The notes under the pieces are model-generated. The model ran no database searches, was not told where the DNA came from, and saw only the letters and a list, made by a program, of their open reading frames with translations. The translations under genes and the position numbers were made by a program. 64,000 nucleotides of DNA from an uncultured delta proteobacterium (lineage in GTDB: Bacteria > Desulfobacterota > WTBG01 > CAIYCZ01 > CAIRTM01). The stretch spans positions 192,001 to 256,000 of the forward strand of contig CAWDSQ010000005.1 in NCBI GenBank assembly GCA_963804955.1, in the 5' to 3' direction. Positions 53,826 to 64,000 of this stretch are shown piece after piece (positions within the stretch are counted from its first letter, which is position 1; each line of letters opens with the position of its first letter).

Positions 53826-54782
53826 CGGTTGCATTGTCAGCGGCTGCAGCCCCTTCCTTTACGCCTTCGCAGGACGGAGAAAAATTCTCTATTTCAGATT
53901 TTTCAACAATAAAAACCTGTTGTTGAGACCCCGGTTTTACATAGTTCTGAAAGGCGTTTTTATCCGCGCCCACAAAAAGCACTTCCCTGGTGCCGTTGTC
54001 GAACACGGCGGTAATGGTGCGCATGGGCTTTTCGAGCCCGGCTTCTTTAGGGGTTCCCATCAATGAAGTCAACCGCTTTAAGCGTTGCAAAGCTCTGGAT
54101 TGCTTTTGCCGCGGCACTTTTTCCTGCGGCGAAAGCCTTGCCATCGCAGACTGCCTGCCAGGAACCCGCGGCATCTTTTCTGAGCTGCAGGGTCCTGTCG
54201 CCCGCAACAGTGTACTGTGCAATCCTGTCTCCGTTTAGCCCCCAGATTTTTTTATCGCGCCAGTCTTTGAGCTCCCTGTCAGCCATGTTTTTTAAAATTC
54301 CGGGCACAAGATACACTGTCCCGGCGTCTTTGGCGCGCACATAGGTGCTGAAAATATCCGGGCCGTTTTTTCCCAGCAGAACATGGGCGGAAACTTTCTG
54401 GCCGGCATCCTCTATTTTTACGTCAACTGCTTTGCCGTCTGAGACATCAAAGGATTCAAAATTTTTCGGGTTTCTGGATGCCACCGTCGCAGACTTCAGT
54501 TTGCCGATCTGTGTCAAGCAGCGATGTCACCGCAGCCGTATCTGCGCCAAAGGTTGTATCTCCGGCTGTCAGCTTCCATGCCCCGCCATGTTTTTTTAGT
54601 ACTACAGCAGCCTTGCCCGGCGCTGTGATCGTTATTGCCGCAGCCCGGGACGCGTCAAAACCTGCTGTGAGGGGCAATTCGATTTTTTGCCCTTTTTTTG
54701 CTGCCCGCTGCTCCGAGCTGAAATAGAGGGCCGCAAGAGCTGCAAGCACCATGGCAAAAAAAAGCATTTTTTTACCGTTCAT
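53797..54782 (-). CDS. DUF4340 family protein (frameshifted)
   Basis: N-terminal TM helix; WRDKKI motif; last gene of the Gld-type ABC operon. Confidence 0.75.
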
Positions 54783-56419
54783 CACAACTCCTTGATAGCA
54801 AGCCGCTTGCGCCGCCTGCGCAGATACGCGTGCGCGATGCCGAAAACAGCTACAAGCACGGGCACCGCACACATATTGAGCAGCCGCACGGCAGCTTTTA
54901 CATTGTCCGACATAACATACAGCATACTGTCGCCCGATTCCCGGGCCCTGATACCCATAAGCCTGTCGTCAGCCGTGCACCAGTCTACTGCATTTAGAAA
55001 GAAAGCCCGGTTGCCGTCAAACTGGGCTATAAAATTGTCGGATATAAACCGGGAACTGCCCGTTACAATGATTCTCGTGTCAGGGCTTTGCTGGATCACC
55101 GCGGGCTGCTCAGCCTTTTTTTCCACGTCCTTGGGCGCGGCAGGTTCTTCTCCCGCAGTAGCATTGTCGGCAGGCGGCGCGGGTTTGCCGGCGAAATAGC
55201 TTGAGAAAGAGCCGCTCATGGCCAGTGCCAGCACATGCTGCCGCTGCTGGTTTTCAGGAGCGGAAAAATCCTGTTTGGGGCTGAGATCGAAATAGCCCTT
55301 CATGGTCCAGGAGGAGGGGCTGCTCCGGGCCAGCACCGAAACGGTCCTGCCGCCGGCTTTTTCCTGCAGCAGCTCAAGCGGGCTTGCCCATGGCATGACC
55401 ATAGTTTCGATACTGCTCACAATGGGGTTGTCTGTCTGCGTGTTTTGCCGGACCACGCGCACCCAGAACGGATAGGGCAGCAGAACATCATAGGGCCCGC
55501 TTCTGAACGAAGCGTTTTCGCTCAGCTGATCAAGCACCAGTTCGGGGGCCACCCTGACGCCGTAATGCTCAAGCAGTTTCAGCACCGGCGATTCGATCAG
55601 CGTGCCCTGCATGCCGCGCTCCTGAATTTCTATGGCATCAGCAAGAAAAACAGCTTTGCCCCCAGCCATGATGTACTGGTCGATGGCAAAAAGCTCGCGC
55701 TCGGTGAGCTGTTTGGGAGATGCCACCACCAGCACGGCAACCTCTGCCGGTATTATCTGGTTGCCTGTTGTAGCAACCGTGCGGGTGTAATACTGCTCGC
55801 GCAGTTCATTGTTAACGGTTCCCAGCTCTCTGTCCAGCCCCGGCTCACCGTGGCCGCTTAAAAACCCGATTGTTTTGACCTCTTTCTTCAGTACGCGCAG
55901 TATTTTTCCCGTCAGCTCGTATTCAAGGGCGGCCACATCTGTGAGGGCCGGGATAACCTCCTTGCTGTCGCCGTAGAATACGGCAAGACCCATATACACG
56001 GTGGTGACGGCGGCCTGATCCTTTTCTACAATATTGAGCTGCAGCTGCGGTATGCCCATGAACTGGAGCTTTTGCTGCATCGAGGGGTCATCTGCCGGGT
56101 CGATATATTCGATGTCAAGGTTGCCGTTTGCGCAGATGCGGTACTCCTCAAGCATATCCTTTACCTGGTCGACCAGCGGCGCCATATAGGGCGGCAGCTT
56201 GCGGGAGAGGTAGACCTTGATGTTGACAATATCATCCAGCCCTGCGACGGCTTTTTTTGTCGCCTCCGACACGGTGTATTTTTTCGTCGCCGTAAGATCA
56301 ACTCTGAAAAAATGCCGGTAGGAGAGGGCATTAATACATACAAGAATGCCGGCCGCGAGCACGGCAAGCACAAAAAAGTTTGTTCCCCTGGCCAGTTTCT
56401 TGAAGCCTGTGCTTTTCAT
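54782..56419 (-). CDS. GldG-family ABC auxiliary component
   Basis: RVDLTATKKYTVS, GFLSGHGE, DQYIMAGG and FFLNAVDW motifs. Confidence 0.9.
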   Translation of the reverse strand: MKSTGFKKLARGTNFFVLAVLAAGILVCINALSYRHFFRVDLTATKKYTVSEATKKAVAGLDDIVNIKVYLSRKLPPYMAPLVDQVKDMLEEYRICANGNLDIEYIDPADDPSMQQKLQFMGIPQLQLNIVEKDQAAVTTVYMGLAVFYGDSKEVIPALTDVAALEYELTGKILRVLKKEVKTIGFLSGHGEPGLDRELGTVNNELREQYYTRTVATTGNQIIPAEVAVLVVASPKQLTERELFAIDQYIMAGGKAVFLADAIEIQERGMQGTLIESPVLKLLEHYGVRVAPELVLDQLSENASFRSGPYDVLLPYPFWVRVVRQNTQTDNPIVSSIETMVMPWASPLELLQEKAGGRTVSVLARSSPSSWTMKGYFDLSPKQDFSAPENQQRQHVLALAMSGSFSSYFAGKPAPPADNATAGEEPAAPKDVEKKAEQPAVIQQSPDTRIIVTGSSRFISDNFIAQFDGNRAFFLNAVDWCTADDRLMGIRARESGDSMLYVMSDNVKAAVRLLNMCAVPVLVAVFGIAHAYLRRRRKRLAIKEL

Positions 56420-56423
56420 AGCC

Positions 56424-57134
56424 TTATTTTCTGCCTTCAATGGTCATCTGGTTTAAAAAAAGGAAAAATCCGATCATGGAAATATAGTAGACAATATCGC
56501 GTGAGTCAATTACGCCCCGGCCGATGCTCTGGAAGTGCGCCCCCAGTCCAAGGTAGGAGAAAACCGGCCCCCATGAAGACGGAACACTGTAGAGCACCAT
56601 GCTCTCGCCTGCAATCAGGAAGGCGAAACCGATGACAATGGCGATGATGAAGGCTACTATTTGATTTTCCGTTATGCCCGATGCGAAAAGCCCGATGGCC
56701 AGGCAGGTGCCGCCCAGCAGGCAGGCGCCTGCATAGCCGCCCCAGATCGGTCCCGGGTCAGGGTCTCCGAGCAGCACCACGGTGAGCACCAGCGGCAAAG
56801 TCAGGGCGAGGTTCAGCGCAAGGAAAGCAAATGCCGAGAGAAATTTGCCCAGCACGACCTCATATTCGCGCACCGGAAGCGTCATGAGCATCTCGATGGT
56901 GCCGAGTTTTTTTTCCTCGGCCCATGAGCGCATGGTGATGGCGGGCGCAAGAAACAGAAACAGCCAGGGCAGCAGGCCGAAAAAAGGCCTGAGGCTTGCC
57001 TGGTTGGTCAAAAAAAACGTTTTAAAGAAAAGCCAGTTTGTCACAGCCAGAAAAGCGATGATGAAGATATAGGCAACCGGCGAGCTGAAATAGTTCTTGA
57101 ACTCTTTCCAGAAAAGAGCGCGTATGTTTTTCAT
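56424..57134 (-). CDS. GldF-like ABC-2 permease
   Basis: KEFKNYFSSPVAY, TMRSWAEEKKLGTIE and GVIDSRD motifs. Confidence 0.9.
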   Translation of the reverse strand: MKNIRALFWKEFKNYFSSPVAYIFIIAFLAVTNWLFFKTFFLTNQASLRPFFGLLPWLFLFLAPAITMRSWAEEKKLGTIEMLMTLPVREYEVVLGKFLSAFAFLALNLALTLPLVLTVVLLGDPDPGPIWGGYAGACLLGGTCLAIGLFASGITENQIVAFIIAIVIGFAFLIAGESMVLYSVPSSWGPVFSYLGLGAHFQSIGRGVIDSRDIVYYISMIGFFLFLNQMTIEGRK

Positions 57135-58069
57135 GATGCCTCCCGCATGGTCAGGTCAAGGAATACGTCTTCCAGATTGATGCTTTTGCGGTACAGCTCC
57201 GCAAGGCTCCAGCCGCCTGCTGCCACGGCGAAAAATATTCTTTCGCTGACGGCATCAGCCTCGCGCGACAGCAGTTCGAAGCGCTGAAGTCCGCCGTCTT
57301 CTCCGAGATGCCTGACCTCGACAACGGCTTCAATAGCCGCAAGCGCCGCTTCCACGCAGTCGCGGGGCCCCCGGATGGCAGCCACAATCGCCTGCCCGCC
57401 GCTTGACAGGGCCGAGAGCTCTTCAGGCGTGCCGCTGCCGACGATGGCGCCCCTGTTGAGTATCAGTACGCGGTCGCAGGTTGCGGCAACTTCCGGCAAT
57501 ATATGAGAGCTTAAAATGATGGTCTTTTCTCTGCCGATATTTTTTATAAGATGCCTGATTTCGATGATCTGATGCGGATCGAGGCCGATGGTCGGCTCAT
57601 CCAGGATGAGCACGTCCGGGTCATGGATAAGCGCCTGCGCCAGGCCCAGGCGCTGACGATAGCCCTTTGAAAGCTCTCCCACATCTTTTGCCGCCATGGA
57701 TGCCAGGCCGCAGATGTCGATCACATGCCTGAGCCGCTCCCGTATTCTGCCGCCGGCGATGCCGCGCAGGGAGGCGATGAATTTGAGATACTCGATCACG
57801 CCCATGTCAAGGTACAGCGGATTGTTTTCGGGCAGATACCCGATGCGCTTTTTGACCTCAAGGGGCTGGGCCGTGATGTCAAAGCCGGCGATGCGCGCCG
57901 TGCCTGCATCGGGCGAGATATAGCAGGTGAGCATGCGCATGGTTGTTGATTTGCCTGCGCCGTTGGGGCCCAGGAATCCAATGACCTCGCCTTTCTCAAC
58001 CCGGAACGATAGGTCCTGCACGGCTCGTGTAGCCCCGTAGCTTTTGGAAAGGTGTTCGACATCGATCAT
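57131..58069 (-). CDS. GldA-like ABC ATPase
   Basis: GPNGAGKS, LSKGYRQR and ILDEPT motifs. Confidence 0.95.
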   Translation of the reverse strand: MIDVEHLSKSYGATRAVQDLSFRVEKGEVIGFLGPNGAGKSTTMRMLTCYISPDAGTARIAGFDITAQPLEVKKRIGYLPENNPLYLDMGVIEYLKFIASLRGIAGGRIRERLRHVIDICGLASMAAKDVGELSKGYRQRLGLAQALIHDPDVLILDEPTIGLDPHQIIEIRHLIKNIGREKTIILSSHILPEVAATCDRVLILNRGAIVGSGTPEELSALSSGGQAIVAAIRGPRDCVEAALAAIEAVVEVRHLGEDGGLQRFELLSREADAVSERIFFAVAAGGWSLAELYRKSINLEDVFLDLTMREAS

Positions 58070-58334
58070 GGATGAAACCTCTATATAACCTATACGTGTG
58101 TCTGGTATGCCAGGTTATACCGGTGATGTGCGGTATAATTGTAAATAGAAAATGGTAGTGAAGCGGCCGCTGGTTGTCAAGCAAATTTTAAACATCAGGC
58201 AAGCGCATGCCGCAGCAGAGCCCTGTCTTCTTTTTTAGTTGGCGTCCGCAGGATGCATTTTTCAGTTTTCCGCACAAGCAGGCTGTGACTTCATAAGGGA
58301 AATATGGCATAGTAGTAATTCATAAGGAGGCTCT

Positions 58335-59204
58335 ATGAAGCTTGTGACTGCCGCAGCAGCGTGTCTGCTCCTGTTTCTATGCACAGCGGCATGGTGTTTT
58401 GATGCCGTGCAGCTCCGCAGCTTGCCCGGGGAGGAGCTTGTGCGGCAGGTGCGGGTCTACCGATGCACCGACAGGGATATGGACATTCTTCTGCCTGAGC
58501 TGCATCGCCGTTTCCCTGCATTTGACGACCGCGTGAAGGCCCTGGCGCAGATGTACCGGGGAGCGCCCTATGTAGCCGAGCCGTTAACGGATGAAACCGC
58601 GGATTGGCTGCCCTATGGCGCCACCAACTGCACCATGTATATTCTGTATATAGAGGCCTTTGCCAACAGCCGCTGCATGGCTGAAGCCCGCGAGCATATG
58701 CGCCTGCTGCACTACCGCGGCGGAAGGGTCGGCTTTGCCGATCGCTATCATTTTACCGAAGACCGCATCACCGATCCGGCAAACAGCTACTTTGCCGAAA
58801 CAACCGGGAACTATGTGCGTGACGCACAGTCGCTTCGCCGAATCGGCCTTGAGCTTAACCGCAGGAAAGACGGCTCGCTGCTGTTTGGCGACCGGCTGGG
58901 CCGGTGGACAAAAAAGGTGGCTGTGTCCTATATTCCCCGGGCGGGCTTTACCCCGGGAATGCTTGCCCCTCTTCCACGGGTGCTGGGCATTGCCTTCGTG
59001 AAAAAAGCCAACTGGGATAAGGGGCTCATCGTCGGCCATGAAGGCCTGCTCATAGACGGCGATCTCTATCACGCATCGCTCACGGGCGGGGTTGTTGTGG
59101 AAAAAAATTATCTCGCGGCCCGTTTTCCCGCTTCACCATGGGAGGGAATGATGCTGTTCCAGCTGGCATCCCGGGTGTTTGCGGCAGATACAGCGTGCCG
59201 GTAG
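58335..59204 (+). CDS. DUF1460 (NlpC/P60-type amidase-like) secreted protein
   Basis: GAPY, NCTMY, RYHF and HEG..HAS motifs. Confidence 0.75.
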   Translation: MKLVTAAAACLLLFLCTAAWCFDAVQLRSLPGEELVRQVRVYRCTDRDMDILLPELHRRFPAFDDRVKALAQMYRGAPYVAEPLTDETADWLPYGATNCTMYILYIEAFANSRCMAEAREHMRLLHYRGGRVGFADRYHFTEDRITDPANSYFAETTGNYVRDAQSLRRIGLELNRRKDGSLLFGDRLGRWTKKVAVSYIPRAGFTPGMLAPLPRVLGIAFVKKANWDKGLIVGHEGLLIDGDLYHASLTGGVVVEKNYLAARFPASPWEGMMLFQLASRVFAADTACR

Positions 59205-59446
59205 CGCACTGCTCCATATGGTCTTGACATTATCGGCTAATCTGTCATATATAAGAGGAATAGCGGCAGTGGGCCGCACAGCCTGCTTTTCGTCATCAAC
59301 TATCTTGCTGGTATCCACGCACCTCCTTTTCAGGCCTCTCAGGATTCCCGCCGGAAATACTGCGATTAACCGAAGTGCCGTATGCGGCATACCTACAAGC
59401 ATCGGCAGAAGAAAATACTATTTTGATTATTATGAAGGAGAAACAC

Positions 59447-59945
59447 ATGGCAGCACATTGTACAAAAAGGCGACACCATATCCGTGCATTATACCGGACG
59501 GCTCGCCGATGGAGACGTTTTTGATTCATCGGAAGGACGTGAGCCGCTGAAATTTACTGTCGGCGCGGGCCAGATGATACCGGGCTTTGATGCCGCTGTT
59601 GTGGGCATGGCCCAGGGCGAGAAAAAAACGGTCAGCATTGCGCCTGAACAGGCCTATGGTGAGCGCAGCGATGACTTCCTGTTTGATTTTCCACGGGCAA
59701 ATGTGCCCGAAGGCATGGAGGTCGAGGCAGGCATGCAGGTATATCTGCAGGACAATGCAGGCAATCCGCTGCCCGCCACGGTGGTTGCCATAGGAGAGGA
59801 AACTCTCAAGATGGACTGCAATCATCCCCTGGCGGGCAAAACGCTCGTGTTTGACATCAGCATCGCAGAAACCGGCCTGAAGCCTGACGCGGCCGCCTGC
59901 ACGCCGAGCTGCGGCGGGTCATGCTGCGGCAGCTGCGGGGACTGA
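59447..59945 (+). CDS. slyD: FKBP-type PPIase (SlyD-like) with Cys-rich tail; 5' frameshift
   Basis: VHYTGRLADGDVFDSS and DCNHPLAGKTLVF motifs. Confidence 0.9.
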
Positions 59946-60035
59946 TGCCGGAGCTGCGCTACGGCTGCTGAAGCAAATTTTGTGCTACACTAAAAGCTGA
60001 GGATATACTCCTCGGCTTTTTTTGCGGGTACAGCA

Positions 60036-60965
60036 ATGAAAACAGCCGCCTTGACGAATATACACGACTCGACTATTTTCCGCACGCCCCATGTCTTTCT
60101 CGACAAACGCGGCGCGCCTGTTATCGTGCGGGCCTACGATCCGCAGTTTTTGAGCGGCCTGACCGCCATGTGTCTTGCCTTCAGCCCCCGCGCCTCCATC
60201 GACGGTGTGCCGCCCGTTGATGACAGCGAGTGCGCCGCCTGGGTGCGGCGCATCACCACCGGCACGACAAGCCTCATTGCCCTGTCTTTTGACGGGCCCG
60301 TGATCGGCTACACGGTGCTGCTGCCCATGCGCAAGCGGATATGCGAGCTGTTCATTGTGGTAGCACCTTTGTTTCAGAAAAGCGGCATCGGCACCCAGAT
60401 GATGCGCTGCATCATTCAGCTCGGCTATGAGCTGGGGTTTTCAAAAATATGGCTGTCCGTGCACCGGACCAATTTTGTCGCCCTGCACCTCTATAACAAA
60501 TGCGGCTTCGACTGCGTGTCCTTCACCGACAGCCCCCAGGTTGAGATGCTGCTTGATTTAAAGCGCTATCACCCGACGGCCAATATCAGTATTGCCGATG
60601 CGATGAACCGAAACGTCATCACGGTGCCCGCCGGGCACTCCTGCCGGCAGGCCGCGGAGCTGTTTTTGAAAAATGCAGTCGATGCGCTGCCGGTGGTGAC
60701 CCCCGACAACAGGCTGGCGGGCATTATTTCGCAGACCGATCTGATCTTTAAAGCAAACCTGCACCGCCGCGTGTGCGAGGTGGCCACCATGGAGGTGGTG
60801 AGCCTGCACGAGCACTGCACGATCGATAAGGCCATTCGCCTGCTGCAGACGCGCAAGCTGCGCAGCATTCCTGTGGTGGACGCGCGCCATCGTGTGGTTG
60901 GCATCATCGGCCGGCGCGATATTCTTGCCCATTACTTCAGAACCTACCCGGGCGCGCTCGGCTGA
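60036..60965 (+). CDS. GNAT acetyltransferase fused to a CBS pair
   Basis: FQKSGIGT and ALHLYNKCGF motifs, then two CBS repeats (LPVV..GIISQTDL; IPVVD..GIIGRRDI). Confidence 0.85.
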   Translation: MKTAALTNIHDSTIFRTPHVFLDKRGAPVIVRAYDPQFLSGLTAMCLAFSPRASIDGVPPVDDSECAAWVRRITTGTTSLIALSFDGPVIGYTVLLPMRKRICELFIVVAPLFQKSGIGTQMMRCIIQLGYELGFSKIWLSVHRTNFVALHLYNKCGFDCVSFTDSPQVEMLLDLKRYHPTANISIADAMNRNVITVPAGHSCRQAAELFLKNAVDALPVVTPDNRLAGIISQTDLIFKANLHRRVCEVATMEVVSLHEHCTIDKAIRLLQTRKLRSIPVVDARHRVVGIIGRRDILAHYFRTYPGALG

Positions 60966-61089
60966 GGCAGCCGCGGGTCTCAGCTGCCGCCATGCCGCGC
61001 GCCGCCGCCTGCCGCTCCGGTCTGCCCCAGCATCCTCACGGTTATGCCGGCTTCGCGCAGAATCTTTTTGGGAGCCTGCGTCGCCGGCA

Positions 61090-61569
61090 TCAGTGCTTTG
61101 CCTCGCGGTCGCGCTCGGCAAGGCGTGTTGCGCGCCGGGCAAGGGCCTGCTGATTACGGCGCTTCTCATCCTCGGTTTCAAGAATCAGGGGCGGAATTTC
61201 CGTGGGACGGCCGCTTTTATCAAGGGCCACAAAGGTGAGATAGGCCGATGCCGTATGCCGCACCTCGCCGCTGAGCAGATTTTCCGCCTCGATGCGCACG
61301 CCGATTTCCATGGATGTCCGGCTTGCCATATTCAGGCTTGCCCTGAGTGTGAGCAGGTCGCCGACAAAAACGGGGTAATGAAATATCAGGCGGTCGATGG
61401 AGGCCGTGACCGAATTGCGCCGCGTATGGCGGAAAGCCGCAACACCGGCCGTGGTATCCACATGCTTCATGATAACGCCGCCATGCACATTGCCCGCCGG
61501 ATTGGCGTCTTCGGGCATCATGACGATGGAGGTAATAATCGCGCTCTCCCTGACTGTTTTTCCCTGCAT
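61090..61569 (-). CDS. Acyl-CoA thioesterase (hotdog fold)
   Basis: DANPAGNVHGG and TFVALD motifs. Confidence 0.92.
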   Translation of the reverse strand: MQGKTVRESAIITSIVMMPEDANPAGNVHGGVIMKHVDTTAGVAAFRHTRRNSVTASIDRLIFHYPVFVGDLLTLRASLNMASRTSMEIGVRIEAENLLSGEVRHTASAYLTFVALDKSGRPTEIPPLILETEDEKRRNQQALARRATRLAERDREAKH

Positions 61570-61700
61570 GCCTGCATCCTTTCAATAAGTAGTGGCACAA
61601 CGAAAACCAGGTGACTCCCGGCTTCATTGTGAGAAATGATATGGATTTCCGGTAACAATCGAGCCCCGCACAAGCGTGTACATCTTAGCATATTCACGCA

Positions 61701-63022
61701 TCATGGCAAAAAGGTTTTGCCTGCAAGATCATAGGTGAGAGCACGGGTTATTTTTACCCGCACCATGGCGCCGGCCGGCAGCTTCTCCTGCAGCAGCACC
61801 ACGCCATCGACTTCAGGGGCCTGAAACTCGGAGCGCGCCTGCACGGCATACCGGCTGTTTGCTGCGGGGCCTTCAACCAGCGCAGGCAACTCTGTTCCTT
61901 TACATGCTGCAAGCTTTTCCTTTGATATCAGCCGCTGCAAACTCATGAGGCGGTGGTGGCGCTCGCGCTTTACCGCTTCAGGCACCTTGGCCGGAAGGCG
62001 TGCTGCAGGCGTGCCGTCTTCATCGCTGTACATGAACGCGCCCAGATGGTCAAAGCGGGCCTGAGCCGCAAATTCCATGAGCTTCTCAAAATCGTTATCC
62101 GTCTCTCCCGGAAATCCAACGATGAAGGTTGTGCGCAGGGCAATGCCTGGAACACGTCTTTGCATGGCCGCAATCAGCGCCTCGGTTTTTGCCCCGGTAA
62201 TTTTCCTGCCCATGCGCCTGAGCACCGGGTCGGCGATATGCTGCAGCGGTATATCAAGATAGCGGCAGACCTTTTCCTCGCCTGCCATCACGGCCAGAAC
62301 CTCGGGTTCAGGCTTGCCGGATGTCCGTAGAGCAGCCGCAGCCAGGCCATGCCGTCGATGCGGGCAAGCCGCCGCAGCAGGCCGGCAAGATCATCATATC
62401 GTGTCGTGTCCTGCGCAATAAGATTTATTTCTTTAACGCCATGGCCGGCCAGCTGCTGTGCCTCCTGCAGGATGGAGCGCTGGGACCGGGCCCGGTATGG
62501 CCCGCGGATCAGGGGTATGGTGCAGTAGGTGCAGCGATGCGAGCAGCCCTCGGCAATTTTCAGATAGGCGCTGCCTGCAGGCGTTGACACGACGCGTGGC
62601 GTCGCAGCGCCCATGAGCAGGGTTGGGCGGCGGCTGTGCAGGCGCGATGTCTGCCTGCCTGCAATGAGCTTGCGCAGGTGTGTATCGATGCGGCCGAATT
62701 CGCCGGTGCCCAGGAACAGATCAACTTCGGGAAATTCGGCAAGGAGCTCCTCCTTGTAGCGCTGCGGCAGGCAGCCGCAGACGACCAGGTGACGGCAGGC
62801 GCCGGTCTGCTTGCACCGGGCAAGATCAAAAATGGTGCTGATCGCCTCCCGGGTTGAGTCCTCAATGAAGGCGCAGGTGTTGACGATGATGATATGGGCG
62901 GCATTCCGGTCTGCCGTCAGGGTGAATCCTGCACGCGCAAGCACGCCCAGCATCACTTCGCTGTCCACAAGATTCTTGGCGCAGCCAAGGCTCACCAGGC
63001 AAATCAGCTGTTTCAGCTCCAT
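61701..63022 (-). CDS. rimO: Ribosomal protein S12 methylthiotransferase (frameshift)
   Basis: SLGCAKNLVDSE, EGCSHRCTYCTIP, VGFPGET and APEVDG motifs. Confidence 0.95.
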
Positions 63023-63976
63023 GAATCCTTCTTTCTAAAATCGGGCACAAAGCTGCCGTCAAGCTCATCGTGCTGCTGCGTCCAGCCGTTTTCAAAACCA
63101 AGCTCTTCAAGCATGGCAACATGCAGCGGCATACTCCTGGGCCGGGGTCTGACCGTTCAGCTCCGGAAAATCCGCGGCATGGTAACAGGGCCGGTACTGG
63201 CACATAAGGCTGACGCTCAGAAATCGCCCGAACTGATGCCGGAGTCTTTTTAAAACAGTTTCAGTTCCTGCACGGCCGCCCGGCAGAACCAGATGCCGCA
63301 CAATAAGCCCTTGGCGGGCAATGCCTGCCTCATCAAGCTCAAGATAGCCAGCCTGCCGGAACATTTCGTCAAGGGCTGCGAAATTGACCTCATGATAGCT
63401 GCGGGCTGCTGAATACTTTTCCGCGCAGCCGTCATCGCCGTATTTTGCATCGGGCAGATAGATATCGACGATGCCATCGAGAAGCGCGAGCATAGCCGCA
63501 TCTTCATACCCGTTTGAGTTGTATACCACCGGCAGCGTGAGCCCCCGGGCCGCAGCCAGGGCCAGGGCCTGCACGATCCAGGGCATGAAATGCGCGGCTG
63601 AGACAAGATTGATATTGTGGCAGCCCTGCTGCTGAAGCCCGCACAGGTGCATGGCAAGCTGCTCAACGGTCATGTCCGTTCCCAGCCCCTCATGGCTGAT
63701 CTGCCAGTTCTGGCAAAAGCAGCACTTCAGGTTGCAGTGCGCAAAAAAAACAGTGCCTGAGCCGCCGGTGCCGGTGATGGCCGGCTCCTCTCCGAAATGG
63801 GCAAGGGCCCTGGCAACACGCACCGAGGACCCTGCGCCGCAGCGCCCTTTTTCGCCCTTGTGCCTGTTGACGCCGCAGTGCCACGGGCAGAGCCTGCAGG
63901 CAGCGGCCAGCGCCATAAGAGCTTCGGCGCGCCGGTCAAGCTCGCCTGTTTCAAGAAGTATATGATAGCCGGGCAT
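63013..63976 (-). CDS. PflX-like radical SAM protein (3' frameshift)
   Basis: CRLCPWHCGVNR, CNLKCCFCQN, DIYLPDAKY and RHLVLP motifs. Confidence 0.9.
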
Positions 63977-64000
63977 AGTGTTGTCACGTTGTTGTCTGCA

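Noticed and set aside
54782..58069. Gliding-motility system
   Set aside because: GldA/F/G-like ABC operons are widespread outside gliding bacteria, and no other gld or T9SS genes are present.

Overview
This is a ~64 kb bacterial chromosomal window. Gene content suggests an anaerobic Desulfobacterota/deltaproteobacterium (inference). Many genes, including essential ones (leuS, ileS, glmM, lspA), carry single-base frameshifts, which points to an uncorrected long-read or MAG consensus. The left third (~2.2-19.5 kb) is an accessory array of unrelated stand-alone genes, mostly secreted proteins or lipoproteins plus a toxin-antitoxin pair. Its spacers share recurrent motifs (AATYRGGGAC / GTCCCTGAATT, TTTGTTGAATTG), a ~235 bp direct repeat, REP/REPIN-like hairpins and a duplicated promoter, but no integrase or transposase is in the window. 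The rest is mostly core: a DUF134-NifX-Mrp cluster, RRM and Csp genes, rpsT/holA/lptE/leuS, aroF, ileS-lspA-lgt, YvcK-fusion-glmM, a hybrid kinase, a Gld-type ABC system, slyD and rimO. The main highlights are: (1) an unannotated Phe/Trp/Tyr leader-peptide attenuator upstream of DAHP synthase; (2) a tandem DUF1566 surface protein with DGR-like variable regions but no RT or template repeat in the window; (3) the motif-delimited, cassette-like gene array; (4) an orphan sigma54 promoter with twin palindromic enhancer sites; (5) a HemF-fold paralog that has lost the canonical residues. Family assignments come from motif recognition by eye, not from database searches.
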